In this document: piece after piece, positions 44,346 through 52,957 of the stretch
Layout of the letters: every line of letters begins with the position of its first letter
Position numbering within the stretch: the first letter of the stretch is position 1
Assembly (NCBI GenBank): GCA_043810025.1
Contig: JBDRON010000056.1
Location: 19,377 to 83,376, forward strand
Source of the DNA: Elusimicrobiota bacterium
GTDB taxonomy: Bacteria > Elusimicrobiota > JBDRON01
Direction: 5' to 3'
Length of the DNA: 64,000 nt
Position numbers and translations under genes: made by a program
Notes under the pieces: generated by a model
Database searches by the model: none
The model's input: the letters and a program-made list of their open reading frames with translations, nothing else
What the model was told of the DNA's origin: nothing

Positions 44346-44810
44346 TTAAGCCAGCTGTTTAATCATGCCTTTAATTCCGGTAGGGTAAATTTCCAATAGT
44401 CCGTAAGTACGATAGATGGAAAATACCCGGTCGGTGGGTGAGCCGGGGTTAAAACAAAGTATGCCGTTGAGGACTTTATTGTAAGGTTTATGCGTATGAC
44501 CAAAAACCAGACAATCGATTTTTTCGCCGCTGTATTTTTTTAGGAGAGAAATCGGCAGATTAAAAGGACTGCCGCTGCCATGGGTGAGGGCAATCCGCCG
44601 GCCTTCGATCTCAATTATCTTGTGTTCAGGAAGTATTTTACAGAGCGCCGGTTCGTCCATGTTGCCGCAGACACCCTCCATCTTTATGCCCATGGAGTTT
44701 AACTTTTCATAAGTTTCTTTGCTGACAAAGTCACCGGCATGAAGAATTAAATCTACTTTTTTTAGCTCTTCGATTAATTCGTCAGGAAGATTTTTTGCCC
44801 GCATCGGCAT
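44346..44810 (-). CDS. YfcE/MJ0936-family metallophosphoesterase; conserved N-terminus extends upstream of the annotated ATG without a canonical start
   Basis: GDFVSKETYEKL, ...VFGHTHKPY motifs; the upstream in-frame codons (to 44843) encode KIFRIAILSDTH, the canonical metal-binding N-terminus, following an AAGGAGG RBS but with no ATG/GTG/TTG. Confidence 0.7.
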   Translation of the reverse strand: MPMRAKNLPDELIEELKKVDLILHAGDFVSKETYEKLNSMGIKMEGVCGNMDEPALCKILPEHKIIEIEGRRIALTHGSGSPFNLPISLLKKYSGEKIDCLVFGHTHKPYNKVLNGILCFNPGSPTDRVFSIYRTYGLLEIYPTGIKGMIKQLA

Positions 44811-44867
44811 ATGTGTGTCGGAAAGAATCGCTATCCTAAAAATTTTTTTTACCTCCTTATGTGTGTG

Positions 44868-44905
44868 TTTAATTTACTGCAAGTCACAGGCTGCAAGCAG
44901 CCTGT
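44868..44905. repeat. palindrome GCAAGTCACAGGCTGC-AAGC-AGCCTGTGACTTGC
   Basis: Perfect 16-bp stem; shares the CAAGTCACAGGCTGCA core with the 45295-45365 element. Confidence 0.6.
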
Positions 44906-45005
44906 GACTTGCGGCCTGCTTCATAATATATACATGGAAAGAAAGAAAATTTCCACTGTTTTTTTTAAAAATAAGGGGGGGTGCTGGGTTTGAGGAAAAA
45001 CGATT

Positions 45006-45257
45006 TTATAAAATTATCCCAAAAGCGATGCCAATATAGCCGGCGATGATCAGGAGCTGAGATAGATTGCTGGCCCAATTATCGCCTTGCGGGTTGGTTT
45101 TGGTCAGGATATAGAAACCGATGATCACAATAATAATCGCGAAAGTAATTATTTTTTTTCCTCTCCGGCTAAGACCGGAGTTAAGTGGTAATACTTTTGC
45201 CTCAGCGGTTTGCAAAACAGCTTTTCTATCTTTCCTTTTAGACATTTTTTCCTCCAA
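45006..45257 (-). CDS. small membrane protein (hypothetical)
   Basis: 83 aa with two predicted TM helices; flanked on both sides by CAAGTCACAGGCTGCA-type palindromic repeats. Confidence 0.35.
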   Translation of the reverse strand: MEEKMSKRKDRKAVLQTAEAKVLPLNSGLSRRGKKIITFAIIIVIIGFYILTKTNPQGDNWASNLSQLLIIAGYIGIAFGIIL

Positions 45258-45294
45258 AAAGCCGTTAATTGTCAGCTTCGATATGCAATATGCG

Positions 45295-45365
45295 TAATTA
45301 TACCAAATTTTCCAGTTTCGTCAAGTCACAAGTCACAGGCTGCAGGTCGCAAGACACAAGACTCA
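45295..45365. repeat. heptamer-arm element (AAGTCAC AAGTCAC AGGCTGC AGGTCGC AAGACAC AAGACTC)
   Basis: GTCAAGTCACAAGTCACAGGCTGCAGGTCGCAAGACACAAGACTCAAGC; tandem 7-mers like the Family B arms. Confidence 0.55.
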
Positions 45366-45462
45366 AGCTACTTGCATCTTGTACAGCTTGATTGTTTAAG
45401 TATTTTTTTGTATTATAGATGGAAGTAAATGGCAAATTAAATCGTGGGCAGAGGAAGTCCGG

Positions 45463-45990
45463 ATGAAAAAAAAGCAAAAATCTGCGGTCAGCGCTAAGGA
45501 ATTGGAGAAAAAATTGGCCGATTTTATTGTCAAGACAGGCTTGAAAAATATTAAAAAAATTGATTTCTCATCTAGCGAAGAAAATTATTTGTGGCGGGAA
45601 ATGATCATCGTTAATGTGTTTGCCGTGATTCAGGTAATTCGCCAAATTCTTAATAATGAGCATTTAGAAAACGAAATTTTAGAAAATCTGCACCGGGATT
45701 ATTATCAGGGACTGGTAGAACAATTCGACTTTACGGAAGAGCAGATTGTCGGACAGTTTAATCATGCTTTGAGCCGTTATCAGGATTATCAGGAAATCAT
45801 TGATGATGAATCTTCCTCGGATTGGCTGGAAAAGGTTACGGAGCGGATGTATCGTAATTTGCAGAAGTTTAATGAAGATGAGCCGGTTGATCCGGAAGAG
45901 CTGGAGCGGTTCGGCGAAATTTTTTCTTTAATGTTAAAGGAGATTACAGGGTTCTTGCCGGACGGTAAAATTATCAGCGAATGGGAGTAA
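45463..45990 (+). CDS. hypothetical acidic protein
   Basis: 175-aa ORF with a good RBS region; no recognisable motif. Confidence 0.45.
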   Translation: MKKKQKSAVSAKELEKKLADFIVKTGLKNIKKIDFSSSEENYLWREMIIVNVFAVIQVIRQILNNEHLENEILENLHRDYYQGLVEQFDFTEEQIVGQFNHALSRYQDYQEIIDDESSSDWLEKVTERMYRNLQKFNEDEPVDPEELERFGEIFSLMLKEITGFLPDGKIISEWE

Positions 45991-45995
45991 GGCCA

Positions 45996-47132
45996 ATGCG
46001 CGAGCCAAAAATACTTTTTCTTTATATTTCGGTTAGTTCCGGCCATCAACAGGCGGCTGAATCAATTCAAAAAGCGATAAAAGAAATTGTCCCGGAAGCA
46101 AAGACTTTAGGGTTGGATTCCTTTAATTATGCCTATCCTTTTGTGGGCAAATTTATTGCCGGCACTTATCTGCAAATTGTTAAACGGACACCATTTCTTT
46201 GGGATTATCTTTACGATAACCCCGATGTGGTTACCGCCACGCAGGAAATTCGCGAGGTGTTAAACCGCCTTAATTCCAGGAAATTCAAAAAATTGCTTGC
46301 CTCGTTTCATCCTTCGGCCGTTGTTTGTACCCAGGCTGTTCCCTGTAGTGTGGTGGCTGCCGCGAAACGACACCGGAAGATTAACGTGCCGTTGATCGCC
46401 GTGATTACGGATTTTGCCGCCCATGCTTACTGGGTTTATAAAGAAGTCGATGCTTATGTCGTGGCTAATGAGAGTACCCGGCGGGAACTGATGAAAAAAG
46501 GCATCCCCGAAGAAAAAATTTATCTCTTTGGCATCCCGATCAATCCGGTGTTTAATCAGCAGGTCGGAAAAGAAGACGCCCGGCTCAGTTTGGGGTTTAA
46601 ACCCAATTTGCCGGTCTTATTGGTAATGGGCGGCAGTCAAGGGCTGGGGCCGATCGAGAGTATACTCTCCGCCCTGGATTGGATATCCATTCCTTTTCAG
46701 GTGGCGGTAATTACCGGACTGAATGAAAAATTGCGGCGTTCTTTAAAAAAAGATTTTGCCAAAAGTATTCATCGGTTTCACATTTTTGGTTATATCGATG
46801 GGATTGACAAGTTTATGGAAGCGGCGGATATTTTGATTACCAAACCCGGTGGATTAACGTCTTCAGAGGCCTTGGCAAAAGGTTTGCCGATGATTATTGT
46901 CAATCCGATACCCGGTCAGGAGGAAAGAAACAGCAGTTATTTAATTAAACATGGTGTTGCTGAACGCGCGGATAATCTTGAAGAATTGGCTCATTATGTA
47001 AGTGATTTTTTTTCTCATCCGGTAAAACTGTCCCGGATGCGCCATCAAGCCCTCTCCATGGCCCAGCCTGATGCGGCTTATAATACGGCTTTATTGGTTT
47101 TGAAACAAATCGGCTGGCCGACAATAGTGTAA
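45996..47132 (+). CDS. glycosyltransferase family 28, MGDG-synthase/UgtP-like (diacylglycerol glycosyltransferase)
   Basis: N-terminal KILFLYISVSSGHQQAAESI (MGDG_synth domain signature) and C-terminal GT-B fold (LVMGGSQG..., ITKPGGLTSSEALAKGLPMIIVNPIPGQEERN). Confidence 0.75.
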   Translation: MREPKILFLYISVSSGHQQAAESIQKAIKEIVPEAKTLGLDSFNYAYPFVGKFIAGTYLQIVKRTPFLWDYLYDNPDVVTATQEIREVLNRLNSRKFKKLLASFHPSAVVCTQAVPCSVVAAAKRHRKINVPLIAVITDFAAHAYWVYKEVDAYVVANESTRRELMKKGIPEEKIYLFGIPINPVFNQQVGKEDARLSLGFKPNLPVLLVMGGSQGLGPIESILSALDWISIPFQVAVITGLNEKLRRSLKKDFAKSIHRFHIFGYIDGIDKFMEAADILITKPGGLTSSEALAKGLPMIIVNPIPGQEERNSSYLIKHGVAERADNLEELAHYVSDFFSHPVKLSRMRHQALSMAQPDAAYNTALLVLKQIGWPTIV

Positions 47133-47190
47133 AACGCAAAGCGCAAAACTTAAAGTCAAAAGATAAAAGAATCAAGTTAGTCGCTTTCGG
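47129..47190. repeat. half Family B element (GCAAAAC-type arm + AAAAGAATCAAG centre, right arm missing), copy B8
   Basis: GTAAAACGCAAAGCGCAAAACTTAAAGTCAAAAGATAAAAGAATCAAGTTAGTCGC, abutting Family A copy A6. Confidence 0.5.
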
Positions 47191-47204
47191 CGCTGACTTT
47201 TAAA

Positions 47205-47340
47205 ATTTCCTTCTTCTTTTGTTCCCCTCTTTTATAAAGAGGGGTTAGGGGAGATTTGGTAATTATTATTGTCTAAATCCCCCTTATCCCCCTTTAAAAA
47301 AGGGGGAAATTAGATTTTTGCTACACATTGAATTTCCTTA
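47205..47340 (-). repeat. Family A triple-hairpin element, copy A6 (reverse orientation)
   Basis: Reverse complement reads GGAAATTCAATGTGTAGCAAAAATCTAATTT-CCCCCTTTTTTAAAGGGGG-ATAAGGGGGATTTAGACAATAATAATTACCAAATCTCCCCTAA-CCCCTCTTTATAAAAGAGGGG-AACAAAAG. Confidence 0.7.
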
Positions 47341-47393
47341 ACTTCGAGTTTTCAAAAGTTTTTAAACTTTGTGTTTTTCGCTAAATTATAACA

Positions 47394-48242
47394 ATGTCGG
47401 TTTATTTAATCTATAAATTTATTTCTGTTCTGGTCCGCCTTTTGCCTCGGAGAATTAGTTATTTATTGGCTGATCTGGCGTCTACGATCAGTTGGTTGAT
47501 CAGCAGAAAAATAAGGTTGAACATTCAAAGCAACTTAAGTCGGATTTTAGGTGTTAGCGAAAAAAAATGCCTGCTAAAAAGCCGAAAGGCAGTGGTGTAT
47601 TTTACCCAGTATCTGGTGGATTTTTTTTTATTCCCGCACCTGGACGAAAAGAAATTTTTAGAAATAGTTACACCGCCCAGCCGGGATAAAGTAGAAGATT
47701 TATTCAAACAAAAAAAGGGGATCATCGCTCTTTCCGGCCATTTAGGACATTGGGAATTAGGGGCGTTGGTCTTAGGTTTGTGGGGATTCCCGGTTAATGT
47801 GATTTATTTGCCGCATCAAGATCAAAGGATTGACCGGCTTTTTCTCCAAACCCGCTTGCGGCAGATTCATTGGGTGCCTGTGGGCAGCGCTTTGCGCCGG
47901 GGGATGAAGGTTTTGAAGCATGGGGAAATCTTGGCTACCGGCGGAGATTTGGTTTATGGCGAGGGCGGAGTGGAAATAAATTTCTTAGGAAAACCGGCGC
48001 GGTTTCCGACCGGTCCGGCCCTCCTTTCCATCAGAACAGGAGCGCCGATTTTAGTGGCGTTTTTTGTCCGGGATAGTCAAGGCAACTACCGGGGAATTAT
48101 GGAAGAGCCGATTTATCCCCTGGCCAATAACGATCAGAAAAATGAAGCCTATAGAATTACCAAAGAGTTTGTTAAAATCTTAGAGAGGTATGTGTACAAA
48201 TATCCGGAACAATGGCATATTTTTCAAAAATTTTGGCTTTAG
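47394..48242 (+). CDS. lipid A biosynthesis late acyltransferase (LpxL/HtrB-family lysophospholipid acyltransferase)
   Basis: LPLAT fold with HX4E-like motif SGHLGHWELG (compare HFGNWE of LpxL); 282 aa. Confidence 0.65.
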   Translation: MSVYLIYKFISVLVRLLPRRISYLLADLASTISWLISRKIRLNIQSNLSRILGVSEKKCLLKSRKAVVYFTQYLVDFFLFPHLDEKKFLEIVTPPSRDKVEDLFKQKKGIIALSGHLGHWELGALVLGLWGFPVNVIYLPHQDQRIDRLFLQTRLRQIHWVPVGSALRRGMKVLKHGEILATGGDLVYGEGGVEINFLGKPARFPTGPALLSIRTGAPILVAFFVRDSQGNYRGIMEEPIYPLANNDQKNEAYRITKEFVKILERYVYKYPEQWHIFQKFWL

Positions 48243-48700
48243 CGGTTATCCATACTCTTTTTAGCCGGCTGGTTTCCATACCGACAGGGATGCTGATGTT
48301 CGGGGATTGGTCGGTGGTAGTTGTATTGGTATTTTTGATGGATTTAGTCCAAATACCTCTTCTCTATTATCTTTATGAGCAGCACAAAAAAATTGGGTTC
48401 CTCGCCAGATTTTTGGAAAAGTTATACAGTAAACTGGAACAGCTGCAAAAAAAAACTCTTTTTCAGAAATCACTGCGTTTTCACGAATGGGGAGTAATCT
48501 TGCTTACGGCGATGCCTACCTTTGGCGGGGGGATGTGGTCGGGAGTACTGCTGACTCATTTGTTAAAAATTAACCGGCAAAAAAGTTATTTCCTCGTTAG
48601 TTTGGGGAGCATTTTAGGCTGTGTTTTCCTGGCTTTGGGCTGGGGAGGGATAAAAAACTTATTTTATCCGGTCTGGCGTTATCTGGAAAAATTGGTTTAA
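48212..48700 (+). CDS. small multi-TM membrane protein (hypothetical; COG2426-like)
   Basis: Four predicted TM helices; overlaps the previous gene by 31 nt, so the start may lie further downstream. Confidence 0.45.
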   Translation: MAYFSKILALAVIHTLFSRLVSIPTGMLMFGDWSVVVVLVFLMDLVQIPLLYYLYEQHKKIGFLARFLEKLYSKLEQLQKKTLFQKSLRFHEWGVILLTAMPTFGGGMWSGVLLTHLLKINRQKSYFLVSLGSILGCVFLALGWGGIKNLFYPVWRYLEKLV

Positions 48701-48808
48701 CGGTGTCCGATTAAAAATAAAAATTTCTTGCTCTTTGTTTTATTCTATGATAAAATTCCTCCCGTTAAGGCTTTAAATAGTCGGATTATAGTTGTGGATG
48801 TGGATTGG

Positions 48809-49105
48809 ATGACGATGAATAGCGGGCTGTCCAAGGCAGCCGTGCATATTTTAATTCAGGGAACGGTGCAGGGGATTGGCTACCGCTGCTTTGCGCTGCG
48901 GCAGGCAAAGGCCTTAGGGATCATGGGTTGGGTAAAAAATTTAGCTAACGGCGATGTGGAGCTGGAAGCGCAGGGGGATAAAAAAAGTTTGGAAGATTTC
49001 ATTGAAAGTTTGAAAACCGGTCATCCCTGGGCATCGGTGCAGCAAGCAAAAATAAGCCGGCTGGAAGGTAATAAACAATACGATCAGTTTGTGATTAAGG
49101 CATAG
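48809..49105 (+). CDS. acyP: acylphosphatase
   Basis: VHILIQGTVQGIGYRCFALRQAKALGIMGWVKNLANGDVELEAQGD (VxGxVQGVxFR motif and GWVxNxxDGxVE motif); start set at the internal ATG. Confidence 0.78.
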   Translation: MTMNSGLSKAAVHILIQGTVQGIGYRCFALRQAKALGIMGWVKNLANGDVELEAQGDKKSLEDFIESLKTGHPWASVQQAKISRLEGNKQYDQFVIKA

Positions 49106-49113
49106 GGAGAAAA

Positions 49114-49950
49114 GTGGATTCGTTAGATCCTTTAAAACTATATTTTCAGCAGATCAGAAAGATTCCCCGTTTAAGCGCCGACGAGTTTGACAGCCTTTGG
49201 AAGCTGTGGATGAAAACCGGGAACAGGAGAGCAAAGGAGCGCTTGATCGAAGGTAATCAGCGGCTGGTGATTACTTTAGCCAAACGCTACCATCGTTGGG
49301 GGATGGAGTTTTTAGATCTGATTGAAGAAGGCAATTTGGGCATGCTGCGGGCGCTGGAGAAATATAACCCGAGAAAAGGCAACCGCTTTTCCACTTACGC
49401 CGCTTATTGGATTGACCAGGCGATGCGCCGGGCCATGGATACCCAATCGAAGACCATTCGGATTCCTCCTCATGCCTGGGAAGGACTGCGAAAATGGATT
49501 AAAGAATGGGACAAACTTCGCGGCCAGTATGGCCGGGCTCCAACGATGACCGAGATGTCGTCAAGGCTTGGGCTTTCGGCTAGAGAGATGAAGAGCATTA
49601 TGGAGTTAAACGAGCTGACCAAAAGTTTAAGTTCTCTGGATGCTCCGATTAATTTGGAAGAAAATCTTTATCTCAAGGATGTTATACCCGATGGTGAAAA
49701 AAATTCACCGGAACACATTATTTCTCTGCTCCGGGCTAACGATGATTTAAGCAAGGTGATCGATCAGCTCTCTCCCAAAGAGAAAGCAGTCATCCAGATG
49801 CGGTTTGGTCTTAACGATGGAAAAAGATTAACCCTGGATGAGGTGGGCCGACGTTTTAAGCTTTCCCGGGAAAGAATTCGCCAGATCGAACATAAAGCCT
49901 TACTTCGTCTGCGCCGGTTTGCCCAACGCAAAGGATTGATCCAACCCTGA
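49114..49950 (+). CDS. RNA polymerase sigma factor, sigma-70 family (group-3-like, e.g. FliA/SigB-type)
   Basis: Region 2 (LIEGNQRLVITLAKRYHRWGMEFLDLIEEGNLGMLRALEKYNPRKGNRFSTYAAYWIDQAM) and region 4.2 (LTLDEVGRRFKLSRERIRQIEHKALLRLR); no region 1.1; followed by a PilZ gene. Confidence 0.85.
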   Translation: MDSLDPLKLYFQQIRKIPRLSADEFDSLWKLWMKTGNRRAKERLIEGNQRLVITLAKRYHRWGMEFLDLIEEGNLGMLRALEKYNPRKGNRFSTYAAYWIDQAMRRAMDTQSKTIRIPPHAWEGLRKWIKEWDKLRGQYGRAPTMTEMSSRLGLSAREMKSIMELNELTKSLSSLDAPINLEENLYLKDVIPDGEKNSPEHIISLLRANDDLSKVIDQLSPKEKAVIQMRFGLNDGKRLTLDEVGRRFKLSRERIRQIEHKALLRLRRFAQRKGLIQP

Positions 49951-49965
49951 TTTTTTTGAAGCAAT

Positions 49966-50496
49966 TTGGAGGATAAGATGAATCGAAGAGAAGATACTGA
50001 ACGGCGAAAAGGTAATTTATCCGTCTCGCATGTAGACCGGCGCCGGTTCAATGACCGGCGGTCGGTTTCTGAACGAAGAAGACATTTTCGAGTTCCGGTA
50101 ATTCACGATTTAGCCAAACAAATTGAATTGCGTTTTTTCCCCTCCACTTTGGAAACCGCCATTCCGGCCGTGATCACCCAGCTTTCCAGCGGCGGGATGA
50201 CCGTGGTTGCTTTTTTTCCGCTTGTTGATGAACAACATTTGCCTTCCGTCATAGTTGATTTGCCGGTGATCGGGATTAGACAGGTTGAAGGCAAGATTAT
50301 CTGGTTTGACAAAAAAGACAGTAGTTATCTGCTGGGAGTAAAATTTTCCCGTATTGCCCAGGAAGATGCCGAGAAAATCAAGACCATGGCTTACGATTAT
50401 CTTGATTGCAATAACAAGCTTTCTTTTGGGGTAAAGGATGTTTGTTTTCCCAACTGCAGTTATAAAGCGCTTTGCGCAAAACCGGAAAAAGACTAA
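49966..50496 (+). CDS. PilZ-domain (c-di-GMP-binding) protein
   Basis: Arg-rich N-terminal RxxxR cluster RRFNDRRSVSERRRHFRVPV and a following beta-barrel-sized domain. Confidence 0.65.
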   Translation: MEDKMNRREDTERRKGNLSVSHVDRRRFNDRRSVSERRRHFRVPVIHDLAKQIELRFFPSTLETAIPAVITQLSSGGMTVVAFFPLVDEQHLPSVIVDLPVIGIRQVEGKIIWFDKKDSSYLLGVKFSRIAQEDAEKIKTMAYDYLDCNNKLSFGVKDVCFPNCSYKALCAKPEKD

Positions 50497-51546
50497 ATGG
50501 CTAATTTTACCTATGCGACAATGATCGGGAGCCTGCCTCACCTCAACCCCGAGGAAGCCTGTCGCTTGGTGCTTGCCTGTTTCCCGCAATTTCCGGTCTG
50601 GCCGCAGCTTACCCGTCTAAGTTTCAAAGAAAATATGTATGTTCAGTATTCCCAGTGCGTGCCCGGCCTGGTAATCAATGAAGAAAAAAATATAATCTAT
50701 TTTAAACAGGGGCCAGAGTGGGAAAAAGATCTGGAAAAGTTTTATGAACGGTTTCTGGAAGATGATTTAAATTATTTTGCGATTACCCCGGAATATGCCT
50801 GCGGTCTCCATACCCTTTACGAACAGATCAAGCAATCCCCTCCCAAACGGCTGAAAATGATTAAAGGACAGATTACCGGTCCGATCACTTTCGGTTTGGC
50901 GATTAAAGACGAGCATGGCCGGTCGATTTTTTATAATCAGCAGATGGTTGATTTGATTGTGAAAAACTGTATGATGAAAGCCCGCTGGCAGATCCAAAAA
51001 TTCCGCCGGCTGCATCAGGATTTTGTTTTGTTTCTGGATGAGCCTTACCTCTCGGCCTACGGTTCAGCCTTTACGGCTTTGAGCCGGCAGGAAGTGATCA
51101 ATTGTCTAAATGAGATAATTGAGGCGGTGCATCGGGAAAAGGTCCCGGTGGGGGTGCACTGCTGCGGCAACACCGACTGGTCGTTACTGCTGGATTCGGA
51201 GATTGATATCCTTTCCTTCGACGCCTACGAGTTTTTTGATACCCTGAATCTTTATCCCGATCAATTAAGGAAATTTATCAATTCCGGTAAAACCTTGGCC
51301 TGGGGGTTGGTGCCGACCGGCGAAACAGTTTCACAGGAAAATGTGGAAAAATTGAGTAAAAATTTCTTTACGAAAATAGAATCGTTGGCCCAAAAAGGTA
51401 TTTCTAAGGAACAACTGCTCAGACAGGTGATCATTACCCCGGCCTGCGGGGTGGGTACGCGTTCGCCGGAACTGGCGGAAAAAGTTTTAAAATTCACCCA
51501 ACAACTGGCTGAGGAGATCGATAGAACAAAAAATGAAAATTTATAA
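50497..51546 (+). CDS. UROD/MetE-like TIM-barrel family protein (methyltransferase/decarboxylase-like), function unclear
   Basis: [26 protein letters not shown] resembles the metal-binding C-terminal region of URO-D/MtaA/MetE-like enzymes. Confidence 0.35.
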   Translation: MANFTYATMIGSLPHLNPEEACRLVLACFPQFPVWPQLTRLSFKENMYVQYSQCVPGLVINEEKNIIYFKQGPEWEKDLEKFYERFLEDDLNYFAITPEYACGLHTLYEQIKQSPPKRLKMIKGQITGPITFGLAIKDEHGRSIFYNQQMVDLIVKNCMMKARWQIQKFRRLHQDFVLFLDEPYLSAYGSAFTALSRQEVINCLNEIIEAVHREKVPVGVHCCGNTDWSLLLDSEIDILSFDAYEFFDTLNLYPDQLRKFINSGKTLAWGLVPTGETVSQENVEKLSKNFFTKIESLAQKGISKEQLLRQVIITPACGVGTRSPELAEKVLKFTQQLAEEIDRTKNENL

Positions 51547-52006
51547 TACTTTAGAAAAAATTAAAGAGTCTGTTTTCGGTTATCTCGGCTATCTCCGGAG
51601 GAAGCTGGGCCGCTATCCAATCCCGACGGCGGATATTATTATCGAATATGGGGACGGGATCATTTTGGTGGACCGGGTAAATCCGCCTTTTGGCTGGGCG
51701 ATACCGGGCGGGTTTGTGGAGTACGGGGAAAGTTTAGAGCAGGCCGCCCGGCGGGAAGCGAAAGAAGAAACCGGTTTGGAGTTGGAAAATCTGGCGCAGT
51801 TTCACACCTATTCCGCCCCGGACCGCGATCCTCGCTTCCAGACGATTTCTACCGTCTTTACCGCTAAAGGAAAAGGCCGGTTCCGGGCGGCCAGCGATGC
51901 CAAAAATATCGGTGTCTTCAACCCAAAAAAATTGCCGGAGAAAATAGTTTTTGATCACAAAAAAATTCTAGAAGATTATTTTCAGCGTCAGAACTTACTT
52001 AGTTAA
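51533..52006 (+). CDS. NUDIX hydrolase
   Basis: Nudix box [26 protein letters not shown]. Confidence 0.8.
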   Translation: MKIYNTLEKIKESVFGYLGYLRRKLGRYPIPTADIIIEYGDGIILVDRVNPPFGWAIPGGFVEYGESLEQAARREAKEETGLELENLAQFHTYSAPDRDPRFQTISTVFTAKGKGRFRAASDAKNIGVFNPKKLPEKIVFDHKKILEDYFQRQNLLS

Positions 52007-52023
52007 TTGTATAGGAGTTTTAA

Positions 52024-52082
52024 TGTAGGGCAAGCCTTTAGGCTTGCGTTTCTAAAACCGCAGGGCTAAAGCCCTGCCCTAC
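52024..52082. repeat. Family C nested-hairpin element, copy C2 (approximately the reverse complement of C1)
   Basis: GTAGGGCAAGCCTTTAGGCTTGCGTTTCTAAAACCGCAGGGCTAAAGCCCTGCCCTAC. Confidence 0.65.
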
Positions 52083-52121
52083 GATGAAAAATCATAACGA
52101 TTCAATGCAGAGGATAAATCG

Positions 52122-52868
52122 ATGAAAATAGCGGTGGCCGGCAAAGGCGGGGTTGGTAAAACTACCTTAAGCTGCGGTCTGGCCCTGATTTTTGCCGAAG
52201 CGGGGAAGAAAGTATTGGCGATCGATGCTGATCCGGACGCCAATTTGGCGGTTTATTTAGGTTTCCCGCCGGCCCTTAAAATTGTGCCGATGAGCGAGCT
52301 GAAAGAAGAGATTGCTCAGCGGGTGGGCGGCAAGGAAGATTGGGGCGGTTATTTTCGCCTCAACCCCAAGGTGGATGACATACCCGCTAAATATTGTCCG
52401 GTTTATCAGGGGATTCAGCTGATGGTGCTGGGTTATGTCCGGAAAGGCGGCGGCGGCTGTATCTGTCCGGAAAATTCTTTCCTGAAAGCTTTGCTCACCC
52501 ATGCTTTGTTTAATCACGAGGCGGTAATTATCGACTTGGTTGCCGGTACCGAGCATTTAGGGCGGGGAACTGCCGGCAGTGTCGACGGTTTTATTATTGT
52601 TGCTGAACCGAATGCCCGCAGTCTGGATACGGCTTTGCGTTCGGAAAAACTGGCCAAAGAAGTCGGGATAAAAAAAATTTATTTCGTCGGCAATAAAATT
52701 CGCTCCCTTGAGGACGAAAAATATATTTCTGCCCAATTACCCCAAAAAAATGTGATTGGATTTCTTAACTATGAACCGGCTCTGGAAAACAGCCGGGACC
52801 AATTCAGTTTTACCCCGCAGTTGTCTACCCAGATAAAGTCAATTATCCAAAAGTTAAGAAATGCTTAA
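52122..52868 (+). CDS. CooC-type nickel-insertion accessory ATPase (MinD/ParA superfamily)
   Basis: Deviant Walker A AGKGGVGKTT, DADPDANL motif and CxC metal motif (GGGCICPEN) characteristic of CooC/AcsF. Confidence 0.72.
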   Translation: MKIAVAGKGGVGKTTLSCGLALIFAEAGKKVLAIDADPDANLAVYLGFPPALKIVPMSELKEEIAQRVGGKEDWGGYFRLNPKVDDIPAKYCPVYQGIQLMVLGYVRKGGGGCICPENSFLKALLTHALFNHEAVIIDLVAGTEHLGRGTAGSVDGFIIVAEPNARSLDTALRSEKLAKEVGIKKIYFVGNKIRSLEDEKYISAQLPQKNVIGFLNYEPALENSRDQFSFTPQLSTQIKSIIQKLRNA

Positions 52869-52957
52869 ACCGGCACTAATCCTCCAAATTTCCTTCTTGT
52901 TGCCCATTTTAATGTCTTCCGTGATAATACAGGATATTAGAATATAATATTATTTAC

